From assembly GCF_009914755.1 (NCBI RefSeq), contig NC_060934.1: a stretch of 64,000 nucleotides of DNA; one strand, 5' to 3'. Of the stretch, positions 1 to 13,308 are shown in pieces. Source of the stretch: the human T2T-CHM13v2.0 reference genome, Homo sapiens. Position 1 is the stretch's first letter; each line of letters begins with the position of its first letter. The notes under the pieces were generated by a model. It was not told the origin of the DNA and made no database searches. It worked only from the letters and a program-made list of their open reading frames with translations. Both the position numbers and the translations under genes were made by a program.

Positions 1-138
1 CAGTTAGCTACGCTAGTATAGCACTCAGGAACAATCCAAGATAAAGTGTTATATTAAGGAGTCATCTTTACACAGCTAATGATGAAATCACTGAGGTGAA
101 TCCTATGAAAAGAGAACACTGTAAAAGCAGACAAAAGC

Positions 139-604
<466 letters not shown>

Positions 605-721
605 TCACTTTGGGAGAGACAGGATATGCAAATAGGACATGGGAGGAGAAAAGGGATATGTAATTTTAGACTTGAATTAGAGGCATCTGTGTGTACTTTG
701 CACTTCAAAAGTACACATATT

Positions 722-1012
722 GCTGGGTGCAGTGGGTCACGCCTGTAATCCCAGCACTTTAGGAGGCCGAGGTGGGCGGATCACCTGAGGTCAGGAGTTA
801 GAGACCAGCCTGGCCAACATGGTGAAACCCCATCTGTACTAAAAATACAAAAAATTAGCCGGGCAAGGTCGTGCACCTGTAATCCCAGCTACTCGGGAGA
901 CTGAGGCAGGAGAATCGCTTGAACACGGGAGGCAGAGGTTGCGGTGAGCCGAGACCAGCCATTGCACTCCAGCCTGGGTGACAGAGCAAGACTCCGTCTC
1001 AAAAAAAAAAAA
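722..1012 (+). mobile_element. AluS
   Basis: Full dimer with poly(A) tail. Confidence 0.9.
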
Positions 1013-1019
1013 GATACAT

Positions 1020-1770
<751 letters not shown>

Positions 1771-1772
1771 TG

Positions 1773-2317
1773 GGGAGGTGGGAGCTGTGATGCACCATCC
1801 AGATCCCCCTTCAGAAGGACCTTCCACTGGGAATGGTGGAAGCACACAGCCCCCAGCTGCCAACCCTCATTGGAATTGCCTCAGCTGGAGATCACCTTGC
1901 CCAAGGTCATGGCCCCCTCCGGAAGCACCTACATCCAGTGTCTGATCAGTATGAGAGTATAAAGACCCCCTGCCTGGCTCAGGACACTGCAAAGGGCCAT
2001 TCCAGCCTTACAGCTCTCTGTGGGCTTGACTGAGGCCTTTGTGAGCTGGAGCCCAATGTCTCCCTATCCCAGTCCTGCTCTCTCCCCTTTCCCGTCCCCC
2101 CCTTTCCCATCCCCCTTCCTCTCCCTTCCACCTTTCCTCCTCAACCTCTCCCCATCCCTTCCCCTCCCCAAGCCCCTCCCTTCTCAACACTGCCCTTCCC
2201 TAGTCCTGCTTCCTGCCTGCCCTCCTCTTCTCTCTGCCAGGCGGTGACCCCAAGAGCCCTCCTCTGAGGTTAATCTTCATCTCAGAGACAGCCTCCTGGG
2301 GAGTCCAGCTTGGGACA
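1773..2317 (+). mobile_element. 5' LTR, LTR16C-like (ERVL)
   Basis: CCAGATCCCCCTTCAG...TATAAAG...AAGGGCCATTCCAGC...ends GGGACA, followed by a PBS-like TGGTGCTGGAGAGG. It is homologous to 5171-5549. Confidence 0.75.
2055..2235. repeat. Polypyrimidine/polypurine low-complexity tract (CCCTT-type) inside the 5' LTR
   Basis: Near-continuous C/T run with many CCC tracts. The corresponding part of the 3' LTR is much shorter. Confidence 0.85.
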
Positions 2318-3663
2318 TTTGGTGCTGGAGAGGTCTGAAAGAGCAGATGCAAGATGGGATTTTGGAGCTGGATTCCCCCACTGGCTGGCGGTGAGGACTT
2401 CAGTATGGGTGGTGGATGGAGCACAGAGGTGCTACCTGACACAAGGCAGCAGTTCCTGAATATGCAAGTCTTAAAACTTCCACCAGGGGTGAACAGGGTA
2501 GTAAAACAGTGGAAGCAAGCTGGGACAATGTATGAATGTACCAGATATTTGAGAAATATGGAGCTCATGGGACCCCAAAAATCATAGAAACCAGGTGGCA
2601 ATACTTAACTATTTAGCAGTCTGAAGCCAAGTGAATGCAGTTATGCGTGAGAGCAATCAGAGGGGTGTGGGCTTACCTGGTGAGTTACGGGGATGGTTCA
2701 TAGAATAAGGGGTCCCTGGGCGAAATGGATGGACGCCAACACGTGGGCTACTCAATCTGGTCCATCAAAATAATTCAAGGATGGGTAGTCGGGGGTGAGG
2801 GCAGATACTCCCATAACCAGTCATGATTCCATGCCCCATTCCTGGATCCAAGCCAGCTTTCAGACTGAAACCCTATTGACTGAAGAAGAGGCTGAGTCTT
2901 CAGGAAGAAGAATGCTGCAGCACCAAACGGCGAAGGTAATGATCCCCCCACTCCTTTTGCAAAAGAACCTACGACCATTACTCAGGTAACGGTCCACTGG
3001 GGAAAGGGAAACCCACACATTTTGAGGAAGCTGAGAATGAAACCAGGAGATGCGGAGTCATCACGAGTCCCTTGTCAGAGTGGGGGCATCTGAGGCCAAG
3101 TGGCACCTGGAGTCTTGGCCCAGGCTCAGCTCACACTTAGACCTACTCAGTGGCCAATTCCCTGATTCCTGAATGTGTCACTGGAACAGACATACTGGGA
3201 TGTTGGCACAACCCCTACGCTGGTTCTTTGGCCCATAGGTAAGAACTTTGGGCATGGGAGGGTTGAGGAGATGACTTTGAAACTGCCCCTGCAGCTGGGG
3301 CGGGGTGGGCAGAAATCATGACCTAAAGGATGCTGAGGCTGTGGGTCACTATATTTTCATTTCATCTGACAGTCTGGCTCCTGCAAATATGAGATGCATC
3401 TTGAAGGGTGAGAGTGAACTGTTGTAAACTTAGCCAAGTAGTAACCCTGGTTGCAGTTGCTATGCCAGATGTGGTGTCTTTGCTAGAACAGATAGACATT
3501 GTCTCAAGCATATGGCATGCGGTCATTGGCTGGTGAAAGTTGTCTTTTCCATCCCAAACAGAAAGGATCAGAAATAGTTTCTATTCAGTTGGAACAGGCA
3601 ACAGTATACATTTTGGTCTTGTCCTAGAGCTATGTTAATTCTCTCACCCTGTGTCATCATACA

Positions 3664-3868
3664 CAGACGGTCCCCAACTTAACGATGGTTTAATTTATGA
3701 TTTTCAACTTTGCGATGGTACAAATGGAATATGCATTCAGTAGAAACCACACTTTGAATTTTGATCTTTTCTCAGGCTAGCAATATGTGGTACCATGCTC
3801 TCTCATGATGCCGGACACAGGCTGTGAGCCACAATTCCTAGTCAGCCATGTGATAACGAGGGTAAACA
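3664..3868 (-). mobile_element. MER47A (Tigger family) fragment, one end only
   Basis: Begins CAGACGGTCCCCAACTTAACGATGG and continues GCATTCAGTAGAAACC...GAGGGTAAACA. Confidence 0.7.
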
Positions 3869-4184
3869 TTCATTGTGATAAGAAATAGATATATACTCTG
3901 GGTATGTATTTGCCTTTCCTGCTCATCTTGTTTGAGCCACTGGGTTCCCATATCACGCTATGTCAGCCTAAGGGGCCCATTTTACAATAAAGGAAACGTG
4001 GGAGTGGGCACAAGGCTATGAAACCCACGGGTCATATCATACACCACACCACTCAGAAGCTGTCAGCCTGGCAGAGCAATGGAATAGCCTTTTTTAGGCA
4101 CAATGAAAGCACCAGCACACAGGCAATACCTTCTGAGGATGGGCCTGATCCCCTAGGCTGCTGTGCACTCTTTAAGCCAACAAC

Positions 4185-4485
4185 CTTTTTTCTTTTTGTA
4201 GAGACAGGGTCTCACTGTTGCCCAGGCTGGAGTGCAGTGACTCGATCATAGCTCGCCGTAGCCTCAAACTCCTGGGCTCAAGTTATCTTCTGGCCTCTGC
4301 CTCCTGAGTAGCTGGGGCTAATTTCTTTATATATATATATGTATTTTTTTTTTTTTTTTTTTTGTAGAGATGGGGGTTTCACTATGCTGCTAGGGCTTGT
4401 CTTGAACTCCTGGCCTCAAGCCATCTACCTGCCTTGGCCTCTCAAAGTATTGAGATTACAGGCATGAGCCACTGTGCCCCACCAA
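4185..4485 (-). mobile_element. AluJ-like element inside the ERV
   Basis: Reverse-strand Alu dimer with a (TA)n/(T)n expanded linker. Confidence 0.85.
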
Positions 4486-5170
4486 GTCAATGACTTCTGT
4501 GATGCTGGGTTCCCAATAAGTAGATGACACAGGGTGGAGACTGGGGTTTCTCCACTTACATCACTCCCAGGGACCCACCTGGGAAATTGTTCTTCCTGTC
4601 CTGCCACTCTGGGTTCTCCAGGTTTACAGATCCCATTTCCAAAAGGGGGAATGCTTTCACCAGAGGACCTAGCAGGAGTCCCACTGAAACATTAGCTACA
4701 GTTGCTGCCTGGGCACTTCCACTGAGACTGCAGCTAAGAGAGGAGTCATCTTTAGGAGGGGGATGGGCTCCTATTACAGAGTGGGAGGCAAGGTGGAGTG
4801 TTTGGTTTCCACATGGTCTGTTTGGGTGCCTCTTGCCCAATTTTGGGTATTCTCTTCCCCAGTTCTGATGGTACAAGGACGAGTTCAGCAGCCACAGTCT
4901 GAAAAGGGCCTGGAAACCAGGGGCTCAGACCTGCACATGAGGGTCTGCATCATGCCACCAAGTAAGCTACTGAGACCAGAAGTGAGAGAAATGTAGGCCT
5001 GAGGAGGAGAATACTGAGTATCAGCTGAGGCCTGGCTGCAGCAGTCGGGGCTCTAATTTGTCTCCTGACCTTCCTCTTTAATGTTTTCCCCAGGGAAAGG
5101 GCCCCCTCCAGAATCCTGGAGGAGCTGTTCCTCAAACCAAGAAGTGTCTCTGAGGGTAAAATAGATGAAC

Positions 5171-5549
5171 TGTGATGAATGCTCTAATCCACTGCTCAGA
5201 GCCCCCTCAGGACTGAAGGACTTCAGCTGTCCTTGGAATTGAATGGACTCAGCTGCAGTGTTCCTTTGCCTGAGAGCACACACCCTTTCCCAGGTAGCCC
5301 TCATGCAGTGACCTGTTCCTATGGGAATATAAAGGTCCAGTCTTCTTGTTTGGATTCAGGGAAGCTCTGAAGGGCCACTCCAGCTTCTGCACACTATGGC
5401 ATTGGCTTGGCTGAGGCTTTCTTGCCAAGGAATTCACTGCACCCTGGCTTTCACTCCTTCCCCCAAGTCCCAGGAGGATCCCTCAATGAACTTTCTGCAG
5501 GCTCATCTCTATTTCAGAGTTGACTTCCTGGGGAACCAAGCCTGTGACA
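5171..5549 (+). mobile_element. 3' LTR, LTR16C-like
   Basis: TG...CA termini (TGTGATG...GTGACA), TATAAAG at ~5328 and shared blocks with the 5' LTR (GAAGGGCCACTCCAGC, CTTCCTGGGGAACC). Confidence 0.75.
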
Positions 5550-6596
5550 TATGGTCTTGTGTATAGTTATGTGGGGGAATGTTCTTGTTTTGGGGTGATA
5601 CATGTCGAGGTGTGGTGGGGTTAAGTGTCATGAAGTTTGCAGCTTATTTTCAAACTGCTGGAAAAAAAATACCTGCGTGCATATATAAATACAAAATATA
5701 TAGTAAATTGGCAAAATGTTAACAATTGGTGAATCTAGTTGAAGTGTACACTTGAGTCTATGATTTTGTTTCAACTTTTCTGTAGGTTTGAAATTTTCCG
5801 AAATAAAATCCCCTCCCCTATACACAGAAAGGCAAATGAAGAGGAACAAACACCCAGGGTGGCGGCGGTAGCGGGACAGATTTGTGAAATTCAAGGCGCA
5901 AGAGAGTTTCAATGTTATAGAAGCGTTCAACATTATCAAGTAGCTACAAAATAATCAAGTACGGCTAGGACTGAAAAATGTCTCATAGATTTAGCAACAC
6001 AATGTTCCTGATAACTTGGGGACAGAGTGTCCAGGGAGTAAATGCAGGCACCTTGCCCTTTAGTACCTTGCTTCTCTGCAGATCGTCATTTAGCTGAAGA
6101 ACCATAATTTCAGTTCTATTATTGAGTTTCCCAGACTTTGAAAAATGTGAATATCATGTTCAAAGTTCTGGAATAGTCCCTGTCGGAGGAATATAGAGCC
6201 ACTCATAAACTCGCAATTTATTGGAGGAGCACATAAACTAAATACACTGTGATAAGTACAGAAGGGCATATTTAAGAAACCGCATAGTTCAGCCACTACA
6301 ATCGGGCGACCTGCAGGCTGAATCTAGACTAACCGTGGGATCAGTTTGGCTTTTGAGATGTGTTCCCAATTCTGTATTTAAAAATCAAGATATTTATCCC
6401 TAAATCCGATTTCTGGCAATACTTGGATGGAGCTGGGAGAAGGCTCTGGGGTAGGCAACCGTTCCCAGGACACTCGGCCTGCGACACCGGTTTAAGGCTC
6501 GGTTTGGCGTCTGTAGGCAGCCGAGGTCCCCATCCCCCGATAGGTCACAGCCGCGATGCTCAAATCGCACACTATAGCCCACAGGCAGCTTACCTG

Positions 6597-6628
<32 letters not shown>

Positions 6629-7273
6629 TTTTATTGGAACCAGGGCTGGGATTAGAATGACATGAGTGAGTCAGGAGTTTATGGCATGGATTTGGATTTT
6701 TTTAAAAAAACTGTTAAAATATTATCGATCTTGATGACTGAGTTTTTTGAGGCCCCCATTAATTTGGCACAGAGTCCTCCTAGTTCCTGCCCTATTGCGA
6801 AGGGCTTTGAAGGGCATGCGGAACAGCTTGGACTTTATTTAATCTTTGCAGTGGCAAGCAGCTCAATACACAGATTTTTAGCTGAGGCAACACCAGCGCA
6901 GGTCTGCGTTTGGCGAGCTCCGTAAGTTCCCACGCCCCAAACTTCTCTCTAGCACATAACTCTCTAATATGACTAACGTTATTAGTGCTAACTCTCTAAC
7001 CTGTCAATGTCGTATCCCAGATCCCTCGTTTGCCTCTAAAACACTGGCGTTTTCGTCACCGCTGTCCCCCAGGTGAGCGCCCCAGCACCTGCCGCCCTGG
7101 GCGCCTCCTCCACCTGCGCGCCCCACGCCCGCTTCCGGCCGGCTTCCAGGCCTCAGAGGCGATCCCGAGGAATCGTTCCGCTCCCAAGGGGCGGAGCTTT
7201 CTCATCGCCGCGCTCGGCATTCGGCTTATGCTGCCTCGCCCCGGCGGCCGTCCAGCGGGAGGCGGAGCGAGTC

Positions 7274-7285
7274 CAAAATGGCGGC
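7274..7285 (+). promoter_or_regulatory. YY1 consensus site overlapping an upstream ATG
   Basis: CAAAATGGCGGC matches the YY1 motif CAA(A/G)ATGGCGGC. Confidence 0.75.
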
Positions 7286-7322
7286 TCTCAGGCTGGCGCG
7301 CTCCGTGCTGCTGGGGCTTTGA
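7278..7322 (+). other. Candidate uORF1, MAALRLARSVLLGL* (14 aa)
   Basis: ATG in strong Kozak context (AAAATGG), stop TGA at 7320-7322. It is only relevant if the TSS lies upstream of 7278. Confidence 0.5.
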
Positions 7323-7375
7323 GGTGGTCGCCGGGGGTCCGGGGGACCCTTTCCCCGCCGCGGAAGCCCTAGAGG

Positions 7376-7396
7376 ATGAATCGGGGACCCTGCTAA
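7376..7396 (+). other. Candidate uORF2, MNRGPC*
   Basis: AGGATGA context (A at -3), stop TAA at 7394-7396, ending 62 nt before the main ATG. Confidence 0.5.
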
Positions 7397-7458
7397 GGTC
7401 TGGCGGCGGGGCTGGAGAGCAGTGGCAGCAAGGGCTGCGGTGGCGTCCACGCAGCGGG

Positions 7459-7624
7459 ATGTGCGAGAGTTACTCCAGGTCGTTGTTGAGGGTCTCGGTG
7501 GCGCAGATCTGCCAGGCGCTGGGCTGGGACTCGGTGCAGCTCAGCGCCTGCCACCTCCTCACGGACGTGCTGCAGCGCTATCTGCAGCAGCTGGGCCGGG
7601 GCTGCCATCGGTACTCTGAGCTCT
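7459..7624 (+). CDS. TAF3: TAF3 coding exon 1 (166 nt, phase-1 end); start of the histone-fold/bromodomain-associated (BTP) domain
   Basis: ATG at 7459 translates MCESYSRSLLRVSVAQICQALGWDSVQLSACHLLTDVLQRYLQQLGRGCHRYSEL, which I recognise as the TAF3 N-terminus. It is followed by a consensus donor T|GTGAGT at 7625. Confidence 0.97.
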
Positions 7625-8599
7625 GTGAGTACCGGGCTGGGTGCGGGAGGGCTGCCCCGGCAAGTCAAGGGTGACACCTTCGCTCTCCCTGTCCCTCCGC
7701 GTCCCCGGGGTGTGCATCCCGCACCCCGCCTCGAGATCTGCTGTTTCCTCGGCCTCCCACGTCCCTGGGCTTCCACTGCCGCTCCAAACTCTAGTCATCC
7801 TTCGGGTACCTCTTCCTTATCCGCTAACTTCCCGCCACCAGCCCGGGAGTCGGGTCTTCGCTCCCAGCTCCACACCCTCCTACCGCTCCTCCGCTCTGAA
7901 TTGTGTCTGGATCTCTCTCATTGTCTCCTGTTTGCTGCGGGTAGATCCACCCCCAGCGTGCCCTACACCCTCTTTTACCTCGGTCCTTTTTCTCCCTTGC
8001 CCGCAAACTACTACAACTAGTTGTCACAGGCGCTCCGTCTACCGGCCGTTTCTTACAAGACTGGCCATTCCTGGGCTCCTAACTACATAGACTCGTTGAC
8101 AGCTCTGCTCCGTTAGGGACACTGCCTCGTCTTTCTGTATCTGTTCGTTTCGTGAACGACATCTCCATTTACTGTTTTTCCAAGGCTGACTTTGTCAGTT
8201 TCGCTGATTAGATGTACTTTCACTTACGTCTCGGTTACCAGTGAGATGTCAGTGGCTATCGAAGTAGGATAGAGGGACCGTGGGCAGTTGACAAGATTCT
8301 CCAGGTAATCTGGGCTACAGTACTTATGGGTTTTAAATGAATGTCTGGTAATATCTATAGCTAGTGGTATTTAATAATTTAATGGAAGGAATGGAATATT
8401 TTAATAGAAGCTCCACATTATCTTGTTGATGTGAAGCATTGTATGTGTGTTTGTTGAGGAGAGGAAACTACCACTCATTTTAGTTTCAAGTCATGATGTT
8501 TAAGGTGGTGAGCTGGAGAACTGAATGAAGTGTTTCATAGGATATTTTGTTTTGTTAAAGTGGTTCCTATACTGGAAAATTGAGACTCACAGACACACG

Positions 8600-9150
8600 C
8601 TGTATTTCTTAGGCCCCAAGTTTCGTTCCCGCTTCCACAGGGCTGCCAAAATAATCTGTCCATAGCACAGATCTGATCCTGTCATTATTCTTAAAAACAT
8701 TTTAACTATACTTCGTTGGTTACAGGCTAAAAATCGAAACTCTTAGCAGTACACAGTTCCCTTTGTGAGCTAGCATTTTGCTTATCTTTTGCCAGCCTGC
8801 CATGCTAATCTGCGACCACGCTGAGCTACCTGCCTTTTCCAAAATGTTTTAAGCTGTCCATTCCTACATGCGTGCTGTTTCTTACCTAGAGTGTCCTTTG
8901 CCCGTGGCCCACCAATAGTATTACTTTTATTTTCAGATGCACTTATCACTTGCTCTAGGGAACTCATGTTATCTGCTTTCATAATTCTGTGCATATTTCT
9001 TTTATATTATTTGTCATCTTGTTTTGTAATCACCTGTGTATGTCTCTTTCCCCTCTCCAGGAGAAAAATTGATTATATTTGTATTCTGTAACCTGTAGGG
9101 CCATTATATAATAGGCACCTGAGAAATATTTGTTGAATAAATGAATGAAC
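8600..9150 (+). mobile_element. L2 3' end
   Basis: Ends AAATATTTGTTGAATAAATGAATGAA, the typical L2 tail. Confidence 0.55.
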
Positions 9151-9220
9151 TGATAAACCACTACCCTAAAAGCCACTTATTGACTTTACATATTGAGTTC
9201 CAAAAATGTATATGTTTTGA

Positions 9221-9574
<354 letters not shown>

Positions 9575-12085
9575 TAATATGCGTGCATTTTTATCTTGAA
9601 AGTACATCACCAGCTGACTACTCTTCTGGCTTTTGTTTCTTTTTCCTCTGGCCTCCGCTGCAGTGGTCCTTGAGTATACCGTTAGTGATAGGCTAGGCTA
9701 GGCTAGGCTAGGCATAGTCCAGATTATGTTTGCTACCATGTATCTTTAGATATTCAAAATGTCTCCTGAATACATAGTTACCTTTACTGCCATTTATACA
9801 AAACAGAAGGGAGCTGCCACTCTATGTGACTAGGTATTCCAAAGTCATCCAGGGGTCACTGCAGCTCTTCAGTGTAAACCTTGTTCCTAATTACCAAGTT
9901 TCCGTAGCCAGTTTCTTGGTTTCAGTGAGAATGAGATTGTCAGGTTCATTATTCCCACGTAATTTGGTGACTTTTTTTTTAATGCTAATTTTGGTATACT
10001 TATTAGATATTTTTAGATTCTTTTTTCTATACCAGCCTTATTCTAAAATCAAATTCTGTAGCTCCAGGTTACCACTATGGAATCTTGTATTCCACCCCTT
10101 TAAATCCTTTCTGTTGTTTTAACAAACACTTACTGAGCATCACTTACGAACCAACCCCTGTACTAGGCATTGGAGACATAAAATTACTAAGATACAATCC
10201 CTGACCATAAGGTGTGTTCAAGAGTTCCAGAATGTCAGGAAACAACAAACTGATGGTGTTTGTTTCTTCTAAAAGAAATGTTCTCAAGTTAAAGCAAGTA
10301 TTAGAAGTTACCATTAATTCAAATAATGAACAAATAATGAACTTAAGAATTGCCTTAGGGTAACAATGTCTCCAAGCATTCAAGGGCAGATGTCTCTGTC
10401 GGTGTCACATTATATGTTAAATATGTTGGCATGTACTGAAAGCAGGTGCTAAATCTTTCAGACTGACTCTTCAACACTAGTACTGTAATATTTTTTTGCA
10501 TGGTACAGGGAGTAAATGTAAAAGGGATAAGAGGAGAGATGGCTGTAGGCTATAGATTCTGGGGTAGGATTACTTCACAGAAAAGATAAGATTTGAGTTG
10601 AGCTGTGAAGTATGGTTGTATAAAGGTATAGAGTATTCCAGCTTAGAGAATCACATAAACTAAGCTGTCCAGGTGAGATTAAGCATAATAAAAGTACCAG
10701 TAAGGTGTTCAGCTCCCTATGCAGCTAGTTCATTCCAAGGGTGTCTGAGTAAAATGTTCAACAGAGTGAGATCAGGTTATGGAAGGACTTGAAAGCTAGA
10801 CAAAAGAATTAAAACATGTAGTAGAAAACATTGCATACTCCTAAGTAGGGGAATAGTATGATTAAAGTGGTATTTTAAGAAAATTGTACTGACAGTGATG
10901 TGCATAAGAGATTGAAGTGGGCAGAACTTGAGACTATACTGAGATAGTGACAGTAAGAATAGAGAGAAAGGAAAAAAATCTGAAATCATGGTTAAAAAAA
11001 AAAAAAAAGGTGGCCGAAGGGGACGGGGACAGGGTTAGAAACTACCAGGTTTTGGTTTGAGGCTGCAAAGCATATGGAGGAATTTAAGATTATTATATTT
11101 TTTAGACTGAGAGAGTAATAATAGCTTTAATAGGAATAGAAGAGATGAAATGCCTGTTTACATTCAGTAAGAAGAAGAGTATTCGTTTTATTTATTTTCT
11201 TTTTTTAATGCATCACAGAAGTAACCCATACTTATAGAAAAAAAAAAATCAAAGACTGCAGAAGTATGTGGAGTTAGAAGTCAGTCTCCTGCTTCCACCA
11301 CAGCCCTCGCCTCTACTGCAGCTTCCACCCCTCGAACTGTTAACCATTGGCTGAATATCCTTCCAGAGGTTTCTGTATGCATTACTACACATGCGTCCAA
11401 TTCTAGCAATATTTGGATTCTTTTTCATTTTACAGTGTGATTTAATTTCAGACATACTGAGTTTGAAGTGATCAAATTTCAGGATTTCAGTTAAAAAGTC
11501 AGGATTTCAGTTAAATCCTTTAGGCTATTGAAAATCAGAAAATGGAATTTTCATAGACATTTTTAAAGATGTAGAGACCTTAAGCTCTGCTAAGAATAGG
11601 CATAAGAAAAACTTGCTTTTGTAAAGAAAAAAATCTCTATATCTAACTTTTTATCTCTGTTTTATGTGGTGTTTTCTAATTACATTTGAAAATCTATAGA
11701 TAAATTATCTTTATGGCTAGGCATGTTGGTGGTGCACTGGTAGTCCCAGCTACTCAGAAGGCGAAGGTAGGAGGATGGCTTGAGCCTGGGAAGGTAAGGT
11801 TGCAGTGAGCCATGATTGCCCTTCTGCACTCCAGCCTGGGCAGCAGAGTGAGACCCTGTCTCAAAAAACAAACAAAAACCAAACTTTTATGATCTAAGCC
11901 TTCTTTGTAAATATTCTTAGATTTTAAAAATTGATTTAATGGTATAATTCATTCAATAGGTATTTATTGAGTGCCAGCTATGTGCCAGCCACTGTTTAAG
12001 ATTCTGCAGATGCATCAGGGAACAACAGAGGAAATGTAACCAACATTGACTTTGTCAGCACAGCACACTACTTATTTGATGATTA

Positions 12086-12710
<625 letters not shown>

Positions 12711-13065
12711 ACAAAACACTATTTTATTATTATTATTTTTGGGGCATTTTCTGTGTGTCAGGTGCTGTTCCAGATGCTTTTGATCATCTGTAAACTACTT
12801 TGAAATTTGTTCTATAATAGCTAATCATGAATGTGGTTTTTCTGTGGTGTTCTGGCTAGTTGTCTGATTATATTTAAACTTGACTTTAATAATCAGCTTA
12901 AACATGATTCTGTGATACTCTTTAAAATCTATTAAATTCTTTCCAATAACTAGGTTAAAATGTTTGATTCTGAGCTGCATATTTACTTACTACTTTTTCT
13001 TAATATTTAAAAATATATTCGTGGGATTTCTTCAAATAATTTGATTTGCTTTGGCTTTGTTTCAG

Positions 13066-13308
13066 ATGGCCGAACAGACCCAATTTTGGATGATGTTGGT
13101 GAAGCTTTCCAGCTGATGGGGGTTAGTCTACATGAACTAGAAGACTATATTCACAACATTGAGCCTGTCACCTTCCCACACCAAATTCCGTCATTTCCTG
13201 TTAGCAAGAACAATGTACTTCAGTTTCCTCAACCTGGAAGTAAAGATGCAGAGGAAAGAAAAGAATACATTCCTGATTACCTGCCACCCATTGTGTCTTC
13301 TCAAGAAG
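13066..13308 (+). CDS. TAF3: TAF3 coding exon 2 (243 nt, phase 1-1)
   Basis: Acceptor TTTGTTTCAG| ends at 13065. T+AT gives Tyr, then GRTDPILDDVGEAFQLMGVSLHELEDYIHNIEPVTFPHQIPSFPVSKNNVLQFPQPGSKDAEERKEYIPDYLPPIVSSQE, in frame with exon 1. The donor G|GTTTGT at 13309 keeps phase 1. Confidence 0.96.

Larger units (their letters stand above)
2318..5170 (+). mobile_element. Decayed, internally deleted ERVL internal region (ERV3-16A3/HERV16-like) with RT and integrase remnants
   Basis: At ~3420-3660 it translates KLSQVVTLVAVAMPDVVSLLEQID...YVNSLTLCH (ERVL RT). At ~3882-3923 EIDIYSGYVFAFPA and at ~4055-4095 EAVSLAEQWNSLF are integrase core remnants. Stops and frameshifts occur throughout. Confidence 0.8.
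6880..8060. promoter_or_regulatory. CpG-island promoter of TAF3, apparently TATA-less
   Basis: High GC and CpG density around exon 1. KLF/SP CCCCACGCCC at 7121-7130, ETS-type CTTCCGG at 7132-7138, GC box GGGGCGGAGC at 7188-7197. Confidence 0.9.

Noticed and set aside
2318-5170. Coding-competent or domesticated retroviral gene
   Set aside because: Only short RT and IN remnants with stops, frameshifts and large deletions; no long ORF.
6293-6590. ACTACA/ACTATAG motifs resembling ZNF143-associated sites
   Set aside because: Matches are too partial to call without ChIP data.
7030-7674. 214-aa ORF as a standalone gene
   Set aside because: It is TAF3 exon 1 plus open GC-rich upstream sequence and read-through into intron 1.
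7073-8090. Overlapping and antisense ORFs across the CpG island
   Set aside because: Expected from stop-codon scarcity in GC-rich DNA; no recognisable domains.
11479-11515. 17-bp direct repeat TCAGGATTTCAGTTAAA x2 (also (TAGGC)5 at 9689-9713 and (TTTCGTTGTGTG)2 at ~14415)
   Set aside because: Ordinary short slippage duplications with no further structure.
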